Shown: piece after piece, positions 1-11,910 of the stretch
Layout of the letters: every line of letters begins with the position of its first letter
Numbering within the stretch: position 1 is the stretch's first letter
Assembly: GCA_030704615.1 (NCBI GenBank)
Contig: CM060733.1
Span: 54,188,001-54,252,000, forward strand
Length of the DNA stretch: 64,000 bases
DNA from: Takakia lepidozioides
Taxonomy: Eukaryota > Plantae > Bryophyta
Direction of reading: 5' to 3'
Notes under the pieces: generated by a model
What the model saw: the letters and a program-made list of their open reading frames with translations, nothing else
Databases searched by the model: none
Told to the model about the DNA's origin: nothing
Translations under genes and position numbers: made by a program

Positions 1-430
1 CTTAAATCCTATTCATACTGTATACATGTGATAACTATACTATGACTCTTTATATGATCAAATAACCATAATTATCTACTTTCCAATCTAGATCTTATTT
101 TGACAAAATTTGTTCTTGCTTTAATTCTTGCTTTACCATGTAAGTTTACACCTCAATATTTAGAATATAATTCAAATCATGCACAATTTCCAAGTAGAGC
201 AATCAATCATATTTGTGATCTTCAATTTTAATTATTAGGAACAATTGCACATAGCTATTTGGATTCTCTTTAAATTAAATTCAGTTTCTAAGTTTAAATA
301 AAAAACAAAATCCAATATCTATCGTAATATCATATTAAATAATATCAACTCTATTATGGATATCATGTGATATTAAGTGTAGTATCAGATCACATATTTA
401 TATTTGATGTGGTCTTTAGTTCAACATAGT

Positions 431-1849
431 CCACCCAATCTTCTCAAATACTAATGTAGATAAGCATTTACACGGCGTGACGCTGTACGTAATGTTATGA
501 ATGTTGATTGTATATTTGCGAATGATTTGCGAATGTATACCAATATATGTCGAATGCAATATACATATGTAAGCAAGCGACATATATGATTGTATACCTA
601 TACAGAAGCGATTCGGAAAGGCATGATGCCTACCAGCAGATGGAAGAGTAACGGGGGCTGTCGCGATTAATAGAAGCACCCAAAATTTGTGAACCGCTAC
701 AATCCGATGAGAGTGTTGCGACAGCAGCGGTTTTGGCAACCCCTATAGCCGTCAAATCCTGAAGCCTAGAAAAAGCTGATGAGCAAATTCTTGCTATGTC
801 AACCATGCCGAGTTCATGTGAAACCATAGATTTCCAGATAGATATGGATCTTTCGTAGTCCATGCCGTTGTTTTTGAACGGAACCACCCGCCCTGCTGCA
901 GGATAGAATTGCCCGGACCTTAACATGAAAGAAGAACTGCAGGGAGTGTAGCCGAGAGCAGCTTACGCATTTTTTGTTTATGCCACATCTGTGCGCGCTC
1001 AAACATATTTTGGTGCGAGAGGCAGACCCGGTTTTTTGAGGCAAATGCACCGAACTTGACATTTTCGTCCATGCCTTGTTGCATCTGCTCAGCAACAATA
1101 TCCTTATGCACAAACCGGAAGTGCGGTTCATTGATGTCTTTCAACCAGTAGCCCACCATGCCAACAAATGTGTGAAGTCCCCTGTCCCTTAATAATTTGC
1201 AATGAACCAGATGACCGGGAGGCGCTCTAGCCATCCTAATTTCTTTTTTATGAGCGTGTCCAACATTTGGATACTTGAAGTATATACCTACAGACTATTT
1301 GCAGATGTAGATGCAGGAGGGTGTCACCATTTTCCAATGCACACAATTTAGCCAGACAAGCTTCCTGCATCCAAAGTCGTCCATCTTTGCCAGGGAATCT
1401 TCAGGAACATCTGCTCCTCCAACACCTATGGTGACGTTAGCTTGTAGAAATGTGTCCTCTGTCTTGCATCTAGCGGGCTTTGATCTCCTCTGTTCAGTCG
1501 GTTTCCTTCCTTCAATCTTCTCTTCGTTCTGCGCATGTCCTCTCTTTTGCGCTATCGTCTTCAGCATCGCCATGTCCCTATCACGTTCATACTCTGTCGT
1601 TTCTGTTCTTTTTTCCCAACCACCCGTCACCCTGCATGTAGTTTTCTAGAAGGATCGATTCTGGAACAGATCGCGGCCCGCAGTGCGTAGGTTCACTTGC
1701 GTGAACTATCCTCGATTTAATACACGATTGTCTTCCTGCCGTCTTTTTTTGGACCCTTCATTTCATTCCTTAATACACGTGGCCTTATTAGATTAGCCCC
1801 GCTTTCACTTCCTGGACCAATCTAGAATGAACCGGGCCCACCCAAACTT
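431..1849 (-). mobile_element. Replitron (HUH-endonuclease transposon), degenerate; candidate boundaries
   Basis: Contains the frameshifted HUH transposase listed next. Near-perfect direct repeat CCACCCAA(T/A)CTT at 431-442 and 1838-1849, coinciding with the switch to very AT-rich flanks on both sides. Confidence 0.65.
630..1573 (-). pseudogene. Replitron HUH (Y1) transposase pseudogene, several frameshifts
   Basis: Joining frames gives ANVTIGVGGADV...CALENGDTLLHLHLQIVCR (HUH motif)...IKKKLGW..APPGHLVHCKLLRDRGLHTFVGMVGYWLKD (YxxK)...NRVCLSHQNMFERA...MLRSGQFYP...GMDYERSISIWKSM. Motif order matches plant Replitron transposases; no helicase. Confidence 0.85.
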
Positions 1850-4304
1850 GGGGCGCTTATTGATGTATGCTACATATTTTTGTTTTGTACATTTTCAATT
1901 TGTATTGAAAAAACTTAGTGACCTTAGATATGTTCTTCTTTATAGATCTCTTAATGATATTCCTTTCATCCATGATTTTGTTTTTCTAAAGGCCTATTTA
2001 ACATTGAAGGTGATGACTTAAAACCCATTCATGTTATGAACAAAAATACTAGTTTCTAGCGTTTAGAGCTTTTATTTAAAATTTTAAATATAATGAGATA
2101 TCATGTTGACATTTATATTAGATTAAAATAAAATAATATGATATAATATTTTTTAAATTTCAAGATAGATTAATTATCCACTTATTTATTTTTACTTGTG
2201 ATGCTCCAATATGTTGTAATTTACCTCCATAGGTTTGTGAGAGCAAGGGTTCATGGATGAGGTTTTTAAAATATTTTTTTGTATAAAATTTTATCCAGGT
2301 TTAAAATGGTGTATTGTGATATATCAATAATATTATGCTTTACAAATTTTATATTTTATTGAATAGTGATAAGAGATTAGGCTTTTGTGATTAGAATTTA
2401 ATGACTGTAGACGATGATTGAAGATTAGAAATTAGCTAAGTGGTGGATTATGTGTGGTATGCAATAATTAGCATGGTTGTAGACAGATTGTTCACTTTGT
2501 ATTACAAACATAATATTATGATATCTTTAATTGAACAAATATGGTAATTTTTGTAATGTGTGTGGGTGTGTGTGTTTGTAACCATGAGGCAAGAGAGAAG
2601 GCCACTGAAGAGGCCAGGGAACTGGAAATGACAGATGCCGATGTAAGCGAGGGACGCACTGAAACGGTGGATCCCTCTAAGACAGCAAAAAGAGGCACTA
2701 AGACACCGGCTGCATCCTTGCCGATTACACCATCGCGGGTGGAGCAGCCCCCACAATTGCCCATATGGTGGAGATTGAGGGAAGGGATAAAACACCACAC
2801 ACACCACGGAATGTGGTAGGTGGAGGCTTCTTCAGTAGAGAGTGCCCCGAGTGGACCTACTCAAGCCGCATGAGATTCCAACTTACAAGCCTTTCAATTT
2901 GACGCTCAAAATGCCACAACTACAGTCGCTTGGTTATTGGGAGAACTAGGTCTATGATGTAGGAAGGGAAATTTCTGGATCAGACCAGTGCATTTGTTTC
3001 CCAAGACCACGTTCAAGCTGAATTAATTGTCTCCATTGCAGATGTGAGTTTGAATAGGCGCCCCCTGATCCGTGCCACCTATGACTCATCGCATTGTGTA
3101 CCCATGGATAGCCGGCTGCACAAACAGTAGTACGATTTGGACCATCTGGATAATTCAAATTGCACAAACCACATGACAATAACAAGAACGAATACCTCAG
3201 ATTTGCAATCTGCACACTATCCATCAAATTTGGCCCGAGTCGGCTCTTCCTTTTACCATGATCCTCAAGCTCGGCCTGACCTGGTTCTCCATTTTTAAAT
3301 ACTATCCTGTATTGACAAGAACAACCTCCAGGGAGTTTGCCAAGCTGATGGGTTTCTCTTAAACTATTCCCCCCAAGACCAAGAAAATGTGACGTTGCTG
3401 CTAGGCGGCTGGCTGCAGCCGCTTCACAAATCGACCAACTCCAGAATGTTGGGCTACCCTCGGCTCACAACAATTATAGGCTCCTCTTTGTGCCTGCACT
3501 GCCTCACCAAGTTGTAGCAACCGCTAGCCCCTGTTGCAAGCCTTCATCGTCCATGCTACTAGGAGGCTAAATACGGGCTGACCAGGCTCCTTTCCGAGTG
3601 CACATAAACATTCTAGGCTTTAGATTCTAACAACCACGTCACACTTCAGCCTTTTGCCTCTCACGAGCTGATCGCTCTATAGGGTTTTTAATACTGTCAA
3701 CTTCCAGTTCGTGAACTGACCGATAACCAACCTTGCGTCCCCGCAAGCCATAGTGCTTTGGTGATAGATCAAGCTAATTTCTTGTAGTCAAATAATCAAC
3801 ATGTAATGATCACCCCAAGCAATGAAGCGTTGACAAGCAACAAGATTCTACCGATTTCAAAATGAACCATAGTTTGCTGCTCCAGCTTTGTATATCATGC
3901 GTAGAGCCTACGAGGCTGTCCAAGCCTCCATATCGCCTCTTATTTGGCATCCCGTGTTGTGCCTCCCGTGCACGCCATCGTACCAGACCGCAAACGAAAC
4001 CAACATCAATGACTTCATCTTAACCACTCATTACGAGTGCTTTCCCTACTTCAAATACCATCGACATAGTCATAGTGCTAACATAAAGGAAATCCATCTA
4101 GCTTAGCACTACAAAAAACTAGACAGATCATCTCTCTCGAGTGATATGTAAACTAAACTCACACTGTTGACACAGAAACACGAAATACAACACAATCACT
4201 CGTTAAAATAAGAGTCGAGCCAGGGGCACCCCAAGCTATGGGGACTCCACCCCACAACATCCTACTCTCCCTCCATAAGTACACTCAGATGCTAAGCAAC
4301 GAGG

Positions 4305-4497
4305 GAGCTCGGTCGTGCAGGCTCAACTCGAGAGAGATGAGCCGCACGACTGACGAGCTCGTGAAGATAAGATGGTTCGGGTGTCAAGCTAAACTTGACA
4401 CCTGACTTAACACTTGAACTAATTCCAAGTGTTAAATACAAATAACTAGATTTATTCTAGTTAGTTTCACAATGTGTTTATGTAACTTGACAACACC
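4305..4497. repeat. Cluster of four stem-loops, possibly a MITE
   Basis: Hairpins at 4305-4360 (GAGCTCG/CGAGCTC, GTCGTGC/GCACGAC, GGCTCA/TGAGCC), 4380-4402 (GGTGTCAAG/CTTGACACC), 4407-4435 (TTAACACTTG/CAAGTGTTAA) and 4443-4463 (TAACTAGA/TCTAGTTA). TGTCAAGCTA near 4382 is inverted to TAACTTGACA near 4483. Confidence 0.6.
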
Positions 4498-4959
4498 AAC
4501 AGGAGGACCAGCACCTGTCAGAGGGCAGGGTGTAGGGCCACAAATGGCGGTACCTCCAAGACGCAGTAGAGATGGGGAGATGGCACGAGGAACTTTCGGC
4601 GGTGAATGAGGATGTTGAGGACGACGAGAGGGACATTTATGACGAGGATGACATCCTCCCGGAGATCCCCAAGCCCCAAACCCGGAGCATACAGGCTGGA
4701 TTTGGTGGTCCTGGTGGGCTGCCGGAGAACCCCCCTACAGCAGACGTCATGTCGGAGGCAGATATGAAGTTGGCCACTGCCAAGATATTGGAGGCAACCC
4801 ACAACAACATTGGCAGGGTCCGGGGAGGCAAATATTGTAACTATGGCCTTTCATACAAAGATATAAGTTAACACAAGCAACACAAGCAGCTACAACAACA
4901 ACATCGTCGTTATAATGGGTTATTATGATGCCTCCACTATGCGCGTGTTGGCATGGGAC

Positions 4960-5086
4960 CATAGCCCTATGATGGCATGGGGCACGCAAGAGAGATATGG
5001 CATGGGACCGTGTCAGTCAGGTTGTACTGCGCTCCTGCACGTGATGGCGACGTCTGCATCGTGCAGTCCACATGCAGCATGGCCAT
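4960..5086 (+). repeat. Diverged copy of a segment upstream of the SWI1/DYAD-like gene (18714-18831)
   Basis: CCGTGTCAG.CAGGT...ACGTGATGGCGACGTCTGCATCGTGC..CCACATGCAGCATGGCCAT is present at both loci. Confidence 0.8.
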
Positions 5087-5104
5087 GTCCTAGTTAGCCA
5101 CTAT

Positions 5105-5491
5105 TGTTTTGCCGATTTTCTGGTCCCTGGTCAGGATCTGAACCCGGGACTCCATGGGCAGAGAGAGAGTTCCCACGCCTCCCTCTGCCTCTCTTTGCCT
5201 CCACTTCCGCCCTTTTCTTTTCTCCTGTATGGACAACAACCCAACTTGAAGCTCTTCAACACCTTCCCTCACTCATATCTTTCCACGCTTTCGATGTGGT
5301 TGCTCCCTTCTCACCGCGATCTCCCTACGGATAATTTGAAGCTTGAAAGCTCCAAGCTGCAGCTTCCCATTTACATGAAATAGGGCTCCTTTTTTCCAAG
5401 ATTCAAGAAAAACCCGGATTAATGATATAGGATGAGAAACCCGAAATTTCCACAGATCCTTTTCATATCTATACCCAAATGGCTTGTCACA
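5105..5491 (-). mobile_element. Possible solo LTR (~387 bp)
   Basis: TG...CA termini (TGTTTTGCC / TGTCACA). It interrupts the duplicated segment, whose similarity appears to resume at GTGGGTCCA ~5503. No clean TSD. Confidence 0.35.
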
Positions 5492-6721
5492 CATAGACGT
5501 GAAGGTGGGTCCACAATGAAGGATTTGGAAGCACCTTCACCATCAGCCCACCTCAGATCTCTACCAGATCTCTACTCTACACACAGACACTGCGTCACCA
5601 ATCCTCCACGAGTCCTCCACCGCACTCTCAACAATTTCTCAACCCACATGAGACAGCTATTTTGGCAAAAGTGGAAATCGATATTTCGACCAGTAAATTG
5701 AGTCGTATACGAACGTGGAAAAATACTCCACCTACCACCGCAACAAATTTCAGCATCAGTTAAGTCCGTTGAGATTATTATTGGAGCTGCCCCTCGACCT
5801 GAGGTGAGAGAAGTACACTGAGCTGACCCTTCTTGATCCTAAGCCTTAATTGGCTACATTACCAACTTGCAGATCCCGCAGAATTGTGCTTAAGCAAATT
5901 CGTCTGGAGCGAGTCTGGTTTAGAATCAAGGACTTGTAACAATAGAGATCATCTTCTCGATCCTGAAGAAAGTTTGGATAACCATGCCCTAGACGAAAGA
6001 AGCGTAAATTATGGAGTCTCTTCGCCCCGAAGGGTTACTGCCTTCCGTTAGGAAGGTGGACACCTTTGTGACACCAATCGATGGATTGAACCCCCAACCA
6101 CTTCCGAGGTGGTATGTGCCCATTACCACTGGGCTACAACTTGGTTGTCAATGCCCTAGAGAAATCATGTGTCTGAGAGAGGCTTGCACAGAATGTCGAA
6201 GTACAATAGAGAGGAATTCATCTTGTATAGGAGAAGGGTCTCAAGAGACCCTTCTCCTGCGTAAAGAACCATGATATTTTTCTATTTTGCCAATGACCTT
6301 ACGGGGGCCGGAAGGTACAGTGCAATCTTCTGCCCTATAAACGACCTAAAAATGAACTAAGAAAATATCGTGGTTCTTTATGATCCTGAATGGGATTGAA
6401 AGGCCCCTGCTACAGAATGAAAACATAGATAGACTGTTACTTTATCACGTCCGCGGAAAACTCAAAGGGCGTGTGGGACACGAGAAAGCCCAAGACTTAC
6501 AAAATTGCCTTGGCGTGGAAGTTGTGAAAAAACACATCTTATGCTCGCATTAACTGGGCACCCTAAAACGCGCTGACTCTGAGTAAGTATGAGGTGTTGT
6601 GTACTTACCAGACTGAGTATAGATGGCAGTAGAATGATCAAATACCCAGAAAACCAAAAACTTTGGTTTTTGTGTGGAGAGAAGTAGATCTGTACTGAGT
6701 CAGGTTATAGCCCTTCACATA

Positions 6722-6790
6722 CCAGCCATAATCAAGTTCTCTCAATCTCAACTACCAACTCTCACCTAGAGAAGAATGGCTCTGATACCA
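6722..6790 (-). repeat. Second PBS + leader + ATG beyond the 3' LTR (remnant of tandem copia copy)
   Basis: 69 bp TGGTATCAGAGCCATTCTTCTCTAGG...GATTATGGCTGG, identical bar one base to 10828-10896. Confidence 0.9.
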
Positions 6791-7097
6791 TGTTAGAATT
6801 GAGCAAGAACATGAACAAGAACTAAAGTCTTAGACTAAAGCTAAAACTAAAGCTCTCATCCCAACCATAGAAGCCACCATCATACTCTTATACTTAGACT
6901 AGTGGCTTCACCCCCGAGCTTGTATAAGAAGGTCTCTAGAAAGTCCTACTTGGTCACTTCCACTTCCACTATGGTGACCATCCACCTTCTAGCCATTCAC
7001 CTTCCAAAGGTGAGTTAAACAAGATAGTCTCTTAGACTTCTAAACCTTTGGCCTTCAAGACTCTTAGTCTTCTAGATATGTTTAATTACTTCCAACA
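6791..7097 (-). repeat. Copia 3' LTR
   Basis: 307 bp, TG...CA, adjacent PPT at 7098-7110. Confidence 0.97.
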
Positions 7098-7119
7098 CTC
7101 CCACTCAATTAAACCATAT

Positions 7120-10100
7120 CATTGAGCTACTTCGTTTGTTTTTGGAGAAGAGACACCAAGTAAGGCTGAACACTTCATGTGTTTTGTTTGTGGTAGACTC
7201 TTCGTCAAAACATCCGCAACCATATCTCCTGTAGCACAATAGATCATCTTGATCTCTCCCTTGCATACAACTTCCCGTATGTAGTGATGTTGCACTTCAA
7301 TGTGCTTCGTCCTTGAATGATACTTCGGATTTTGACTTAGTGCAATCGCATTTTGATTGTGACCACTCCCACTGAATGTGCAATGTCTGGCCTAGTACAA
7401 ACCATGCAATACATCAAATTGCCGACTGCGCTTTGATAAGGAGTTTTCCTCATATCTTCTTGCTCTTCTTGAGTCTTAGGTGTCATATCCTTCGTAAGTT
7501 TCAAACCAACTTCGAGAAGAGTTGATGTTGGCTTACTCATCTCCAACTTAAACCTTTGTAGAATTGTCTCAATGTATTGTGGTTGATGCATGAATACTGT
7601 ATGGTTCACTCGATCTTTGCTGATTTGAATACCAAGACAAAACCGAATCTCACCCATGTCAGTCATGGCAAACTCAGCACTCAACAGCGCTTTGGTTTCT
7701 GGCAACAACCTTTGATAATCGTTGGTGACAATGATTGTGTCATCCACATATAGAGCTATGACCACAAATTCCTCTTCCATCTTTTTCACATAGATGTTTG
7801 TGTCAGCAATGCTTCGTTCAAATCTTGCCTTTAAGAGGTAAGCATCGATCTTAGCATACCAAGCTCGAGGACTTTGTTTGAGTCCATACAAACTCTTTTG
7901 CAGCTTACACACAATATCACTTCCTCCTTGTACAAACCCTTCAGGTTGTCTCATGTAGATCTCTTCTTGTAGTTCTTCATTCATAAATGCGGTCTTAACA
8001 TCCATTTGATGAACTTCGTGATCATGTTGAGCTGCAAGAGCTAACAACACTTTGATAGAAGAAATCTTCACCACTGGTGAGAAGGTTTCATTGTAATCCA
8101 CTCCTTGAATTTGTGCATAGCCTTTAGCTACAAGACGAGCTTTGTACCGGTTAGATCCATCAGCTTTGTACTTCAACTTGAAGATCCACTTGCAACCAAT
8201 GGCTCTTCATCCTGCAGGCAACCTAGTGAGTGTCCATGCTTTGTTTTGCATCAATGAATCCAACTCTGAGTTGATTGCTTCTTCCCATTTGTAGTTTGTC
8301 TGGAGAGCGCATCGCTTCCTCATATGTAGCAGGCTCAACCACTTGTGATGCTTCTTCCATAGCTTCAATGGCACTCATAGATGTAATCAGCATACTAGGA
8401 GCTTTCCTTTCCCGCTGAGATCTCCTTAGAATTGGCACATCTTCAACTTCATCTCTAGAGTCCATATCAACAAGTGGTTCACCAACTTCGACTCCTTGAT
8501 CAACTCCATCAAGTTGAACACCTCATCATTTGCTTCAGCCATCTCTTGTATTGGCTCCTCATAAGACTCCTCTTGGAAATGATGTAATGGCTCTAAGCTC
8601 ATTCCCATGTCATCTTCTCCCACTACCAAAGAGGGTATGAAGCCTTCATCAAACACTACGTCCCTACTATGTTTGACAGCCTTAGTTGTCTTATTGAACA
8701 ACTTATATCCCTTCACACTTTCTGTGTAGCCAATGAAGATGCATCATTCTGATTTGGAGTCAAGTTTCATTCGCTTCTGAGTAGAGATATGGACATACGC
8801 ACGACATCCAAAAATCCTACAATGAGCCACACTAGGCTTCTAACCACTCCATACCTCTTCTAGTGTTTTTCCCAACACTGATTTGGTAGGTATTCTGTTG
8901 TGAAGATATGCTGCAGTGCCAATAGCTTCTGCCCAAAAATGATTTGAAAGATTCACTTCTTTCAACATATTCTTTGCAGATTCTTGTAGTGATCTATTCA
9001 TCCGCTCAGCTACACCATTCTGCTCAGGTGTATATGGAACAGTAAGCTGTCGAGCTATTCCATTCTCTTGATAAAACTGATTGAAAGCCTTTGAGATGTA
9101 CTCACCATCATTGTCAGATCTCAAAATCTTAAGAGGCTTTCCAGTTTGTTTTTCTGCAAGTACTTTGAACTCCTTGAATTTCTCTAGCACTTGACTTTTC
9201 TGCCTTAGGAAATTCACCACAACCCTCCTTGACAAATCATCAATGAATGTCATAAAGTACCTTGCTCCTCCAAGTGATGTGGTTTGCATTGGCCCGTACA
9301 CATCATAATGTACAATCTCCAATATACTTGTGGCTCTTTGTCCACCATCATTAGGAAATTGACCTCGATGTTGTTTCCTTTCCAAGCAACCTTTGCATAG
9401 ACGCATATCGCTCATCTCCTTCAATGGTAGTCCTTCCACAAGATGGCTTGAGAGTTGCATCTGTCTCAACTTCTTAATGCTCACATGACCTAACCTTCTA
9501 TGCCACAACTCTATTTCTGACATGACAAGTGTAGATCCCAACTGTGGTGAAAATGTGGTAAGAGCACTAGAGACATGATGTTGTAATCTATACAAGCAAT
9601 TATCAAGAATAGCTTTTGCTACCACAGCTCCTGAGCTATTTGTGATAGTACAACTCTCATCTTGGAATACCACTCTGTATCCCTTTGCAACAATTTATCT
9701 TACAGACAGCAGGTTCTTTGTTAAAGTAGGGACATGTAGGACATTTTCCACCTCTATGGTTTCCCCTTCATTGAACATAAGAGAGACTGAGCCTTCCCCA
9801 CCAATGACATGCTTGCTATCATCTCCCAAAAGAACATATTGTGTAGGTGAAAGAGATCTATAAGATAAGAAATGTTCTCTCTCTGAACTCATATGTTGAG
9901 ATGCTCCTAAATCAACATACCACACATGCTTCTATTTAGTAGTGGCTGAGAGATACACAATAAATATAATAACATTCATCTGATGAGTAGTTATGTTCCA
10001 TTGACTCTCTCTGCTGCGCTCATCTGCAATGCGCTTTCTACAATCCTTGATCATGTGACCAAGTTTCTTCCAATAAAAGCACTTCACTTTGGCCTTTTTT

Positions 10101-10835
10101 TATCTTTGAGCTAGATTGAGGTTTCTGAAACCTCTGGGATTTCTGAGACATATGTGAAGGGAGTCTTCTGACTACTCCAGTCTTGCCTGTGAACAAAGCT
10201 CTGTCTACCTCTGTAGACGTACCTTGACATTTTCTTCTTGTTTCCTCATTGAGGAGAAGTCCTATGACAATATCAATAATTAAGTTGGTTTGTCCTGCTA
10301 GAGACACCACAAAACCATCATAGGATTTAGGTAAGGTTGCCAATAACACCACTGCGCCGTGTTCATCAGTCACGTTAGTTCCCACAGAGACTAGTTGATC
10401 TCGCAACACACAAAACAAATTCAAATGTTGTTCAACTGAGTCTGACTCGGTCATCTTCAGACCATAGAACTTTTGCGTCGCATACACTTGCGATGTGACA
10501 TCCTTCGTCTCATATATGCTTGCTAGCTTGTCCCAAACATCCTTAGCATTCTTAGCACTTATAATGAGATGCAACTGATTGTTTCTCAAGCTTGTGATGA
10601 TGCTAGCTCTTGCTTTATGATCTTTCTTATCTCATATGGCTTGGCCAACAATAGTGTCAGGTCTTGGGACTGATCCATCAACCACTCCTCATAGATCTTT
10701 GTCTAGAAGGACCATCTCCATCCTAAACTTCCAGGTTTGATAGTTAGCTTCATTGAATCGATCTTCCACTCTCATATCTAATGTACTCGTAATAGACATA
10801 GAAGGAGGATTGCTAGAAGACGACGCTCCAGCCAT
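7120..10835 (-). pseudogene. Copia gag-pol polyprotein pseudogene
   Basis: Gag (AKDVWDKLASIYE), degenerate zinc knuckle (CFYWKKLGHMIKDC), protease WYVDLGASQHM, GAG-pre-integrase LWHRRLGH, integrase [44 protein letters not shown], RNaseH tail [20 protein letters not shown]. Several TGG>TGA/TAG stops and frameshifts. A deletion at ~7360 removes the RT C-terminus and RNaseH N-terminus. Confidence 0.95.
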
Positions 10836-10896
10836 AATCAAGTTCTCTCAATCTCAACTACCAACTCTCACCTAGAGAAGAATGGCTTTGATACCA

Positions 10897-11203
10897 TGTT
10901 AGAATTGAGCAAGAACATGAACAAGAACTAAAGTCTTAGACTAAAGCTAAAACTAAAGCTCTCCTCCCAACCATAGAAGCCACCATCATACTCTTACACT
11001 TAGACTAGTGGCTTCACCCCTGAGCTTGTACAAGAAGGTCTCTAGAAAGTCCTACTTGGTCACTTCCACTTCCACTATGGTGACCATCCACTTTCTAGCC
11101 ATTCACCTTCCAAAGGTGAGTTAAACAAGATAGTCTCTTAGACTTCTAAACCTTTGGCCTTCAAGACTCTTAGTCTTCTAGATATGTTTAATTACTTCCA
11201 ACA
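10897..11203 (-). repeat. Copia 5' LTR
   Basis: 307 bp, TG...CA, adjacent PBS at 10885-10896. Confidence 0.97.
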
Positions 11204-11910
11204 AGTAGGAGGGGTAGAGAGAGCACCATGTACAACAAGCACAGAACATGTGTTCAACAACACACAGTAGGGTGGCAGCTCCGGCCTGCTGTTCCAAACT
11301 TCAAACCCCAAAAAACATCTGAACCGAATTTCTGCAAAGGTAAGATGCAGGATGCGAATAGATCAAGGACAAGTTTCAGAGAGTCATCTTATCTCGTACA
11401 AGGTGGCATAAATTGCATGGTCCGAAATTTCATATTAGAATATAGTAAACCTTAAATGCTATATAGTATACAACGAGTATACAACATGTTATAAGTTCTA
11501 GTACATCTGCTAAGCTTTGGATTCCAATCGTCTCCCTAGTTTACGGAGATTCTGAGAGTAGCTCTAGCATGATCCTCACTCGCTGCGAATGGATCACAGC
11601 TATTACATAATTGCTTTAAAACATCAAAATAACAGTTTATGTTGCTAGCTACAAAGGTCCAGTGAGATCATGAGTACATGAGTATTGCTTCAGTGCACCG
11701 CATAAACTCATGAGCAACATCTGTATACACAAATGAACCAAAATATGACTACCCTCTTTGTAAACCTACAGTCTTCAAAGACTTAGTACAATTGAAAGAT
11801 TACCCAGCTATACAGTTGCTCCACTGTGAAGATCCAGCAAGTACCTGAATGCAACATCAGTAGCTTCACCATCCCAATCCCAAATTCGAAAGATGTAGAG
11901 AAGCTCTGAC

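Larger units (their letters stand above)
6791..11203 (-). mobile_element. Ty1/copia LTR retrotransposon, defective
   Basis: Two 307-bp TG..CA LTRs (6791-7097, 10897-11203) with 5 substitutions. PBS TGGTATCAAAGC (tRNA-iMet type) follows the 5' LTR and PPT AATTGAGTGGGAG precedes the 3' LTR. Order is gag-PR-INT-RT-RNaseH. Confidence 0.97.

Noticed and set aside
4107-4118. CACTACAAAAAA CACTA-like TIR
   Set aside because: No partner TIR or subterminal repeats found.
4572-4871. Acidic 99-aa ORF
   Set aside because: No recognisable domain or gene structure; possibly a TE fragment but unassignable.
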